Source: Promethearchaeati archaeon
GTDB taxonomy: Archaea > Asgardarchaeota > Heimdallarchaeia > JABLTI01
Reading direction: 5' to 3'
Length of the DNA: 29,675 bases
Assembly: GCA_013166835.1 (NCBI GenBank)
Contig: JABLTI010000025.1
Span: 1 to 29,675 of the forward strand
Of the stretch, positions 8,882-16,986 are shown one piece after another. Positions within the stretch are counted from its first letter, which is position 1; the number at the start of each line of letters is the position of its first letter. Made by a program: the position numbers and the translations under genes. Below the pieces are notes generated by a model that had not been told where the DNA came from, ran no database searches, and saw only the letters and a program-made list of their open reading frames with translations.

Positions 8882-9838
8882 TCATTCTGTTGTTTCAACA
8901 CTATTCTTTTTTCTCTTTATTTTTTCTCTCCATTTTTTCCATCTTTCTTTTAGAAGAGTTCTTGTTGTTTGATTGTCTGATTTAGCGATTTTGTTTAGGA
9001 AATTAATATCAAATTGCTGTTTCTTTGTGAAGAATTGTCTGGTAAACATGATGTTTGTAATTATACTTGTAATAAATGAAGCAGATAATAACATCAGAAA
9101 TATCACCACTTGATAAATAGCAGCTTCTACAGGAGGAATTCCGCCAATAATCATGCCAGCCATTAATCCTGGAATAGTAACAATCCCTAATGATGCTACT
9201 CTATTAATAGTTGGAGTAAGACCTGCGCGATAACTTTCACGAAGTATGTTTTGAATAGCTCTATATGGACTATCACCTAAAGCGAGAGCAGCTTCGATGT
9301 TTCCTTTTGATTTTATTATATCTGATTTTACTCGTTCAACTGCTATTCCTGACACTCTCATAGCAAAAGAAATAACCATACTTCCGATAGGAATTACATA
9401 TTCACCTGTTAGTCCTGTTATAGTTCCAGTTTCATTTGGTATGATTCCATCAAAACCTGGTATAACATATGAAAACATTACTAGAGTCATAATAACAAGA
9501 CTACTAGAAGTAATTGCTAGGAAACCGATTAGAAACATTCGTTGATATGGATAACTTCTTGCATTTGTAAAACCAGCGAAAAGACACATCAAAAATAAGA
9601 TGAAATACAATATCCAAAGTTTACGAATACCAAAGATTAGACCTAGAATCGAGCCAAAAAGAACTACTTGTATTGTACCTCTGAGAAAACTCCAAATAAA
9701 TTTCGATTCAAGTTTGGTTTTCTGCCAAAATGAAAGCCCAATCAAAACTACTAATAAAATGAATGCTAATCCGATTCTAATCCAGATGTTTACTTGCCTT
9801 AGAGAATCCCAAATATCTATTAAAAATTGAGGAGCCAT
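8882..9838 (-). CDS. fetB: ABC transporter permease, UPF0014 (FetB/YbbM/STAR2-like)
   Basis: RGTIQ, YVIPIGSMVI, IEAALALG, LGIVTIPGLMAGMIIGG.PP.EAAIYQ; TAATG coupling with the upstream ATPase and GGAGG RBS. Confidence 0.88.
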   Translation of the reverse strand: MAPQFLIDIWDSLRQVNIWIRIGLAFILLVVLIGLSFWQKTKLESKFIWSFLRGTIQVVLFGSILGLIFGIRKLWILYFILFLMCLFAGFTNARSYPYQRMFLIGFLAITSSSLVIMTLVMFSYVIPGFDGIIPNETGTITGLTGEYVIPIGSMVISFAMRVSGIAVERVKSDIIKSKGNIEAALALGDSPYRAIQNILRESYRAGLTPTINRVASLGIVTIPGLMAGMIIGGIPPVEAAIYQVVIFLMLLSASFITSIITNIMFTRQFFTKKQQFDINFLNKIAKSDNQTTRTLLKERWKKWREKIKRKKNSVETTE

Positions 9839-10581
9839 TATTTACCCTCCTTATTTTTGAAAAATGAACGAATTTCTTGATCATTATACCGTTTAAAGAA
9901 ATCTTTTGTAGTTGTTTTTTCTATCAATAATCCTTCTTTAAGAAATAATAACTGCTCAGTTAACCGCTTAGTTTGTTCGAGAGAATGTGTAACAATAATT
10001 ATTTTTATGCCTTCGGAAGCAAGTTGCTTCAAAGTGTTTTCGATAATTTCCTCTGAAACAATATCTAATGCTGTTGTTGGTTCATCCAGTAACAAAACAA
10101 TGGGTTGATTTGCTAAGCTTCTTGCAAGACTTACTCGTTGCTGTTCGCCACCTGATAATCCTTCAACATCTCTTTCTAAGAAATCAGCTTCCAAACTAAC
10201 AGTATCTAAAAGCTTGACTAACTCAGGATCAATATAATCAATGTTCCAGATTTTAGGACCATAGAGAAGGTTTGATTTCACTGTACCTTTGAACAAAAAC
10301 GGTCTTTGTAGCACCATTCCAATCTCTTTTCGTAAATCCTGAGATTTCATTTCAGCTATATCAGAATCTTTGAATTTTACTATGCCTTGGGTTGGTGAGA
10401 TTAACTTGTTTAGTAATCGAAGGAAGGTACTTTTCCCTGAACCGGAAGGACCAATAATGCCAGTTATGCCACTAGTGTCAATTACCACATTGATTTTTGA
10501 AAGAATTACTTTACCATCGATATCAAAACAAACATCTTCTAACGAGAAGAGATTCGAGAAGGAATCTTTTATAGAACTCAT
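9838..10581 (-). CDS. fetA: ABC transporter ATP-binding protein (FetA/YbbL/STAR1-like)
   Basis: Walker A GPSGSGKST, LSGGEQQR, LLLDEPT, VTH; coupled to the UPF0014 permease. Confidence 0.85.
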   Translation of the reverse strand: MSSIKDSFSNLFSLEDVCFDIDGKVILSKINVVIDTSGITGIIGPSGSGKSTFLRLLNKLISPTQGIVKFKDSDIAEMKSQDLRKEIGMVLQRPFLFKGTVKSNLLYGPKIWNIDYIDPELVKLLDTVSLEADFLERDVEGLSGGEQQRVSLARSLANQPIVLLLDEPTTALDIVSEEIIENTLKQLASEGIKIIIVTHSLEQTKRLTEQLLFLKEGLLIEKTTTKDFFKRYNDQEIRSFFKNKEGK

Positions 10582-10605
10582 AATTTCAATAAAGAATATG
10601 AAATA

Positions 10606-10620
10606 ATTTTAACTTTTCCG
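10606..10620 (-). promoter_or_regulatory. Putative BRE-TATA promoter for the fetAB-like pair (probably leaderless)
   Basis: Minus strand reads CGGAAAAG-TTAAAAT about 25 nt before the ATG at 10581; no RBS is visible. Confidence 0.5.
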
Positions 10621-10635
10621 AGAAAAAAGAAACAG
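10621..10635 (-). terminator. Putative oligo-T terminator after the purP-purP-NTF2 unit
   Basis: Minus strand CTGTTTCTTTTTTCT just after the TAG at 10639. Confidence 0.45.
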
Positions 10636-10638
10636 AGT

Positions 10639-11037
10639 CTATTTCTTCTTTGGTTCAAAATCTGTTTGGAATATTTTATTCACAATTTTCCATTCATCAT
10701 CAGAGATTTTAACTATATTCAAGTAATCAGTGTAAACTATAATTCCTTTTGTTCCTTCTATAACTGTTCTTACTTTAGCATTCGCAACAGATTTGTAAAT
10801 ATCCAAATTAAGGATTTCTGCTTTCTTTTTAGCACCAGGATCATCTGAAGGTCCTGCAAACCATTCTCTCCAAATAGATCGAGGATAAACAACTACTTCT
10901 TTTTGGGCATTTATACCAAACATATGACAATCGGCATGCCATGCTTTCTCTACTAATTCGAATTTTCGATTGTTTTGACCATTCAAATAATTCCAAACAG
11001 TCTCAACTATTAGTTCTTTATCTTTCGTATCAGTCAT
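10639..11037 (-). CDS. NTF2/SnoaL-fold protein (putative lumazine-binding family)
   Basis: Y..G....ELVEKAWHAD, ILNLDI...ANAKV, YTDYL..VK....WKIVNKIF pattern. Confidence 0.82.
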   Translation of the reverse strand: MTDTKDKELIVETVWNYLNGQNNRKFELVEKAWHADCHMFGINAQKEVVVYPRSIWREWFAGPSDDPGAKKKAEILNLDIYKSVANAKVRTVIEGTKGIIVYTDYLNIVKISDDEWKIVNKIFQTDFEPKKK

Positions 11038-11047
11038 TACAGAACCC

Positions 11048-12310
11048 CTATGTTACTATTTTTGATAATTTTCCAGTCTTAAATGCCTGACAGATTTCTA
11101 TCATTGGTAAATCAATTGGAGAAGTTATCTGATTGACACCTTTTGGCAAGTATTTCTGATATTTCAAAGTTAAACTATTCATCTGAGGACTAGCAGCTAC
11201 TGCAGGATCACCGGGAACTCTCATACTAATATCAAATACAACCCAATCAGGTCGATTATCCTTTGGGCTAATTGGAACCGCTCCTTGTAGGCCAAATAAA
11301 CCAATCATACCTGGAGGATATAATTTTGCAACAGTTTCCAAGAACTTGGGTATGGATCCTACTACTTCGCCCATTTTTGATTCTCGCATAGTAGCCATGG
11401 TATGTCCAATTTCTTCGTTTTTAATCTTGATTTTATCACCAATTTGCTGCTGGATTTTTGCTGGTAAATTCAAGAAACCACTACTATTTGTTTGCATTCT
11501 TTGACCAAAACCAACAAAATCCCAATCAACTATTGGATTTCTAAATGGATCATGTTCGTGTTTTAACCAATTAATACCATCAGTTAGTTTGTAACCTTTA
11601 GCTTTTCCTTTGTTTAAACCAGATGCCCAACCATTGCAGTTGAAATAAGGACCAATAATAAATTCCTCTATACGAGCTTCAGCTAAAGTTTGATCATTGA
11701 TTAGCCCTTTTACTTTCATAGCTTCGGCTTGCTCATGATAATCATCTTCAGAAGTTATGTAGAAGAAAGCTCTCTCAAGAGGATTATCTGCTTGTTGAAC
11801 CTTAACTAATGCTACTGGGACTTCCTTATCAATCCCGATTATATCTAATTCATCTTTACTAATTTCTCTTGGAGACCTAATACCAGAGCGCTTCAAGATT
11901 CCATATTGATCAATGTATTCTTTTTCGTTTGTTGTTCTATCCTCACTCTTAAGCAAGAATCTGTTTCCGTATATGGGAATTTTTAATTCGTTTTCAACTT
12001 TTTCCGCTGAAAGATAGACAACAAGAGATCGATTAGGAATTAGAATACCGTTCTTCTCAAGTAGCTCATTTTGTATTGAATCAAACAACATTTGATCCCA
12101 TTCATCGACAACAATAGTCTCATCAAAAAGATGGCATTGTTCCTCGAGATACTGTCTTTCTCTTCCCTTCTTTACAACAACTATGTTATTCAAACCCATT
12201 CTTTTGGAAGAGAGTCCAGTCTCTATTGCTGAATGACTTCCAAAAATGACAATTGTTGGTTTTTCTTTATACTCACTTACTAAATGTTGCATTTCTTTTC
12301 TTTTGATCAA
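11048..12310 (-). CDS. PurP-like ATP-grasp protein (COG1759, divergent paralog class)
   Basis: GSHSA, GRERQY, PNRSL, YGNRFLLKSEDR, VKVQQA..LERAFF, IEEFIIG, RES, FDISMRVPG. The TTG start directly follows the purP TAA, with GGAGG upstream. Confidence 0.9.
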   Translation of the reverse strand: MIKRKEMQHLVSEYKEKPTIVIFGSHSAIETGLSSKRMGLNNIVVVKKGRERQYLEEQCHLFDETIVVDEWDQMLFDSIQNELLEKNGILIPNRSLVVYLSAEKVENELKIPIYGNRFLLKSEDRTTNEKEYIDQYGILKRSGIRSPREISKDELDIIGIDKEVPVALVKVQQADNPLERAFFYITSEDDYHEQAEAMKVKGLINDQTLAEARIEEFIIGPYFNCNGWASGLNKGKAKGYKLTDGINWLKHEHDPFRNPIVDWDFVGFGQRMQTNSSGFLNLPAKIQQQIGDKIKIKNEEIGHTMATMRESKMGEVVGSIPKFLETVAKLYPPGMIGLFGLQGAVPISPKDNRPDWVVFDISMRVPGDPAVAASPQMNSLTLKYQKYLPKGVNQITSPIDLPMIEICQAFKTGKLSKIVT

Positions 12311-13318
12311 TTAAATCTCCTCCAACTTAGGGGAATCAACAGTTATCAAATCTATTTTCTTTTTCTCATAAGCTTCCTTAATCTCTCGAGCAATGCGTTT
12401 ACCCATATACATAGGTTCACCCCAGAGATTGTTAGCATAAGTATTTCCATACGGAACCCAAACAGTAGTTCCCGCAACAATTCTTCCTGAAAATTCAAAA
12501 GCATAAATTTTAGGATCAGTGGTTACAATTGTTTCGATACAGAATGGACCAACCAATCCAGTTTGTTCCACAAAATTCCTGCCCATGTGATGGTATTCAG
12601 GAACTAACGATTCTCGGACAACAATGGGAATATTACCAATAACTGTAAATGAAGGTTCATCTGTAGAAACGAGATGTTGGGAATTAGCATTAGATTCAAG
12701 TCTACGATCAAATCCTAATAATTCGCATCGTTTTTCTATTGGGGAACTGAAATAATGAGCATAAACAGATACTCCACTAATATATTCTTGAATGAAATCT
12801 ATGTTCTTACCCTTACTTTTCTTCTGGAAATCTGCTTTATTGTTAGCAATAAAGTATCCTTTTCCACCTTCTGCTCCATGTAATTTTACCATAACTGGGC
12901 GATCAATTGCTTCACTATCTGAAAAAACCTTTGGAGTATTAATTCCAGAAGCTATAAGCAATTCAGAGTTGCGATTTCTATCTCCTTCATATCCAAGAAT
13001 TTTTACTCCGCCAAGAATAGGATGCTTTAATTGTTTTAACTCAGCCACAGATAAATAACGAACAAATGATCCATGAGGAACAATAACTACATCTCCATCA
13101 AGGGAATTAAAAGCTTTAACAGTTGCTTTAGAATCGCTGTAGTCTTTCACTCGTATGATATTAATTTGGTTCAAAAAATCCGGATATTGTGACCAGAGTT
13201 CCCAATCTCTATCAAAACAAACAACATAAACTTCCAATCCTTCTTCAATTGCTCCAGGAATAATATTATAAAAAGAAGAGTGTGAACTGGTTGTTGCGAT
13301 AACTGCTTTTGATCCCAT
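12311..13318 (-). CDS. purP: Formate-dependent FAICAR synthetase PurP (ATP-grasp)
   Basis: SSHS, PHGSFV, IDRPVMVK, GAEGGKGYF, IQEY, DRRLESN, GNIPIVVRESL, GPFCIE, FEFSGRIVAGT, MGKRIAREIK. Confidence 0.92.
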   Translation of the reverse strand: MGSKAVIATTSSHSSFYNIIPGAIEEGLEVYVVCFDRDWELWSQYPDFLNQINIIRVKDYSDSKATVKAFNSLDGDVVIVPHGSFVRYLSVAELKQLKHPILGGVKILGYEGDRNRNSELLIASGINTPKVFSDSEAIDRPVMVKLHGAEGGKGYFIANNKADFQKKSKGKNIDFIQEYISGVSVYAHYFSSPIEKRCELLGFDRRLESNANSQHLVSTDEPSFTVIGNIPIVVRESLVPEYHHMGRNFVEQTGLVGPFCIETIVTTDPKIYAFEFSGRIVAGTTVWVPYGNTYANNLWGEPMYMGKRIAREIKEAYEKKKIDLITVDSPKLEEI

Positions 13319-13530
13319 GATCTCACGACAATTTAAAGTATGGTTTGACAGAAATTAAAGTTCCTATAAAAAATTATTGAAGAAATCACTTATCATGTAA
13401 AAAAAATCACTTAAAATTTGATTGTGATACGATATTTTCGCGCAAATCATTATGCGGATAAATTTTTAATTACGAGACAAATCTTTTAAATTAACAGCAT
13501 TCTAGCAATCGCAAGAAAGAAGTGAATAAC

Positions 13531-14205
13531 ATGGGAAGAATAAGAATAAGTGGTTTTTTAAGAAAAAGAGCAGAAGATGAAATGCATCTAAAAATAACTA
13601 ATCATTTATCAAGAATACAAATTGGAACAAAAGCACTGTTGAGAGCAGTAATAGCCTGGAGAAACAAGAAGTTAATTGAACTTGATAAAGAGGTTGGAAT
13701 TGTAGGTGCAGAAGAAAATGCAGCAGATCATTTGTTAGCTGAAATATGGTTGGAGTTAACAAAAGGAACATTAAAAACAAAATTACGATCAAATATTTTG
13801 ACTTTTGTTAAAAGAGTTGATGAAATAGCTAATTATGCAAAGAGAGCAGCAGAAAATATCCTTATCTTACATAAATTAGAGTTGCCTGATCATATTTTTG
13901 ATGAAATAGAAAAAGTGTGTGAACTAATTAATATAGCAACGGATAAACTTGCAGAGGCTCTTCTAATCTATAGAAAAGACATTCAAAGAACTGTTGATAT
14001 TACAACAGAAATAAGCTTCTTAGAACATCAAGTAGATGGACTTTATTCTCGATTGAAGAATCACTATTTTGATTATCACAAGTACTCAGATAATTTCGCT
14101 GGTTTAGTGATTTTTGATCACGCTATGATTGATTTGGAAAAAGCAGCAAATTCTGCTGAAGATGCTTCTGATGTGTTACGATCAATTGTTATTAGTGAAG
14201 TTTAG
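13531..14205 (+). CDS. DUF47 / PhoU-like phosphate transport regulator
   Basis: Helical repeat with EENAAD, VDEIANYAK, LEHQVD and LEKAANSAEDASD; directly upstream of PiT. ATG 13531 preferred (AAGTGA RBS) over GTG 13522. Confidence 0.9.
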   Translation: MGRIRISGFLRKRAEDEMHLKITNHLSRIQIGTKALLRAVIAWRNKKLIELDKEVGIVGAEENAADHLLAEIWLELTKGTLKTKLRSNILTFVKRVDEIANYAKRAAENILILHKLELPDHIFDEIEKVCELINIATDKLAEALLIYRKDIQRTVDITTEISFLEHQVDGLYSRLKNHYFDYHKYSDNFAGLVIFDHAMIDLEKAANSAEDASDVLRSIVISEV

Positions 14206-14245
14206 AATAAAATTTAGGAAATTCAAAAGTAACCTTGGGATGCAA

Positions 14246-15247
14246 ATGGTTGAGACACTAACTCTTGTATTAGGGATAATTTCAGTTTTACTGGCTTTCG
14301 CAATTGGTTCAAACGATGAAACCTTTGCATCAGTCGTAGGAGTTAAGAGATTATCCGTCAAAACTGCAGTGATTATGGGAGCAGTAATTGCAATTCTAGG
14401 TGGTTTTCTTCTCTCAGAAAGAGTAGGGGAGACACTACGAGATGATATTTCTCCAGGTCTATTTAATGCTGCTGTCAATCTCGATCAAACTGCTATACTG
14501 ATATCACTTTATGTAGCAATGGCAATTAGTTTAATCTTAGCCTCAGTATTTGGGTTACCTATTTCATCCACTGAAGCGCTAGTTGGTGCGATTATTGGGT
14601 TATCTTTCGCTAATGGTAATAAAATAGTCTGGGGTATGGAAGGAATGGGGAAGGTACTTGTAACATGGATAACTTCTCCTATAATTGGATTCACGATTTC
14701 ATTTCTAATAATGAAATTAGTGAATTTTGTTCTTGGTAAAACTGTTACGAGTTTTAGAAAACATGATAAAGCAAATAACATCTTTGGTGTTTTATTACTA
14801 GGAATGGTTGTTTGGACAGGTTTGTCGAGAGCAGGAAATGACATTAATAATGCAATTGCTCCTATTGTTCCATTATTTAGTGATGGAGGATATTGGTATA
14901 GTAGATTACCATTATTGATTGGAGGTATTGGATTAGGATTAGGGCTAATAATTATTGGATGGAGAGTGCTGAAAACTCTTGGAAATGAGGTAGTGGAATT
15001 AACTCCGGAATCGGCATTTGTGACTGAAGGATCCGCTGCAATAATTATATTTCTTGCAGTTATTATTGGTATACCTGTTTCAGGAACGATGGTCTTAGTA
15101 TCAGCATTCATAGGTGCTGGAGTAGGGATGAAAAAACCAATTAATTTCAAAACTTTGAGAATGATTGCAATCTTTGTTTTACTAACCCCTGTAATAAGTG
15201 GTATTTGCGCTATTGGTTGTTTCTATGCAATTAGGGGGTTCTTCTAA
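14246..15247 (+). CDS. PiT-family inorganic phosphate transporter
   Basis: Two signatures IGSNDET and AGNDINNA, GLPISSTE, WITSP, GIPVSGT. Start at ATG 14246 or 14240; the track's 14129 start overlaps DUF47 and is unlikely. Confidence 0.92.
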   Translation: MVETLTLVLGIISVLLAFAIGSNDETFASVVGVKRLSVKTAVIMGAVIAILGGFLLSERVGETLRDDISPGLFNAAVNLDQTAILISLYVAMAISLILASVFGLPISSTEALVGAIIGLSFANGNKIVWGMEGMGKVLVTWITSPIIGFTISFLIMKLVNFVLGKTVTSFRKHDKANNIFGVLLLGMVVWTGLSRAGNDINNAIAPIVPLFSDGGYWYSRLPLLIGGIGLGLGLIIIGWRVLKTLGNEVVELTPESAFVTEGSAAIIIFLAVIIGIPVSGTMVLVSAFIGAGVGMKKPINFKTLRMIAIFVLLTPVISGICAIGCFYAIRGFF

Positions 15248-15249
15248 AG

Positions 15250-16005
15250 ATGTTTGATAGAATACTGGGATTTAGAACGATTCAAAGACAAGTTGAAGAA
15301 AAACTAATACAATTATCATTTATTCCAAGTAAATATTTCGAAGCACTCTATGTAGAATCAAGCACTAAGATAACGTGCCATACTTGCGATATTTGTGAAG
15401 TAGAAGAAGTAACAGTTAGAGCGGAGTTACTTAAGCTAATGAAGCAGGGAGAAGTTGATACAAAAGTAGAACTGGAAAAATTCCAATTATTTGAAAGAAT
15501 TAATAGTGTCTCTGTGAAAAGTAAAGAAATTCGCACATTAATGAATAAATATTTTGAAGAAATGAAAAAGGAAAATTATGATAAATTAGTTAAGTTTCTC
15601 AAAGAATCTGCTTATGCAGGAAAAATGATGCATTATTCGGTAAAAGGTCTTTATGATGACTATGATACTGCTTTGGAAAGAGTTGAAGAGTTAATAGCTG
15701 TTTGCAATAAAATTATTGGGAACTTGATTTCTTTCAGATTTCATGCTAAAGATGATAATGGATCACTAGATTATTCCTTTGAAGGGCCTGAATTTTTAAT
15801 TGGTAATTCATTAAGGGATACATTACAAGATATGATTTTTGTAGGGGAAAAAGTAGCTCATATTGTGAAAACTTTTAGCTTTAATCATAAAGCCGTAGAA
15901 GTAGATGAAGAAAAACTTCAAGAGAAAGCAGAAGAGGAAAAGAAGAAATTAGAGAAAAAGAAAAAAAGAAAACAAAAAAAATCAAAGAAAGAGAAAAAAA
16001 AATAA
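15250..16005 (+). CDS. Hypothetical helical protein, probable degenerate DUF47/PhoU-like paralog, with a Lys-rich tail
   Basis: Starts 2 nt after the PiT stop; DUF47-like length and pattern (E....VRAELLKLMKQG...FQLFERINSV...K); CHTCDIC motif. Confidence 0.6.
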   Translation: MFDRILGFRTIQRQVEEKLIQLSFIPSKYFEALYVESSTKITCHTCDICEVEEVTVRAELLKLMKQGEVDTKVELEKFQLFERINSVSVKSKEIRTLMNKYFEEMKKENYDKLVKFLKESAYAGKMMHYSVKGLYDDYDTALERVEELIAVCNKIIGNLISFRFHAKDDNGSLDYSFEGPEFLIGNSLRDTLQDMIFVGEKVAHIVKTFSFNHKAVEVDEEKLQEKAEEEKKKLEKKKKRKQKKSKKEKKK

Positions 16006-16019
16006 TTCGTTGATTTTAA

Positions 16020-16982
16020 TCATATTCTCTGCTTCTCAGCTCTATTTCTTATGAGTATTGCACTTAGATTAAACCCAAATACTACTACAACTAGAATTAG
16101 TGCAATTGCCCACTGGATGTTTCTAGTCGAAGAAGGAGCAGATACTGCCATACTATATAATTCGAAAGGAATCGCTGGAAACCTGGAAAGAAATCCAGTA
16201 AAGGCAGGAATACCCGTTGCTACACCAACAAATAGAATAGCAGCTGTTTCTCCGGCTGCTCTACCCAATGAAAGAATCACTCCTGTAGAGATTCCAGGAG
16301 TGGCTGCTGGTAAAACAACGTGTCTGATTGTTTGCCATTTAGTGGCACCTAGAGCTAAGCTGCCTTCTCTATAATCATGAGGTACAGTTTTCAAAGCTTC
16401 TTGCGACGTTCTAATTATGGTTGGTAATATCATGCAAGCTAATGTAAGCCAAGCTGCAACTAATGACTTACCAATTCCTAAAGCTAGGACAAAGAATGCA
16501 TAACCAAAAATGCCAAAAACAATTGAAGGAACACCGGCCAGATTGTTTATTCCTTGATTAATAATATTGACAATAATTCCTCCTTTCGCATATTCATTTA
16601 GATAAATTGCTGCAGCAAGGCCTAAGGGGAGGGCAAGCCCAACAGCACCAATGATTAGGAGTATAGTTCCTATAATCGCAGGTCGTATACCATAGTCAAC
16701 CTCAGGCCCTGGTTTCATGAAGATCAATTTGAAGGAAACACCTCGAGAACCGTTAATTAATAAAATCAAAACAAAAGTTATGAGAAGAAGAAAGATAAAT
16801 ACAGCAGAGGATGCTAACATAGTAAAGAATATTTTTTGAGTTTTTTTAGGTTCAACTAAGCGTTTCCGTTTATCTAGGGCATCAAAATCCAAATTTTCAA
16901 AAGAATAAGTTTTCTGTTCACCTAATTCCAATTTTTGTTCATCATTCGTATGAGGTGAGTTTTCATCATGTGTGTCAGTCAT
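16020..16982 (-). CDS. pstA: Phosphate ABC transporter permease PstA
   Basis: GIRPAIIGT, AIYLNEYA, NLAGVPSIVFG, REGSLALGATKWQTI, GRAAGETAA. Confidence 0.96.
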   Translation of the reverse strand: MTDTHDENSPHTNDEQKLELGEQKTYSFENLDFDALDKRKRLVEPKKTQKIFFTMLASSAVFIFLLLITFVLILLINGSRGVSFKLIFMKPGPEVDYGIRPAIIGTILLIIGAVGLALPLGLAAAIYLNEYAKGGIIVNIINQGINNLAGVPSIVFGIFGYAFFVLALGIGKSLVAAWLTLACMILPTIIRTSQEALKTVPHDYREGSLALGATKWQTIRHVVLPAATPGISTGVILSLGRAAGETAAILFVGVATGIPAFTGFLSRFPAIPFELYSMAVSAPSSTRNIQWAIALILVVVVFGFNLSAILIRNRAEKQRI

Positions 16983-16986
16983 CTTC

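Noticed and set aside
14129-14239. Long N-terminal extension of PiT overlapping DUF47
   Set aside because: A TTG start inside the upstream gene; ATG 14240/14246 gives a normal PiT N-terminus.
14509-15150. 213-aa minus-strand ORF, and the other short antisense or alternate-frame ORFs in the track
   Set aside because: They lie within well-supported genes, have no recognisable motifs, and are typical shadows of hydrophobic coding sequence.
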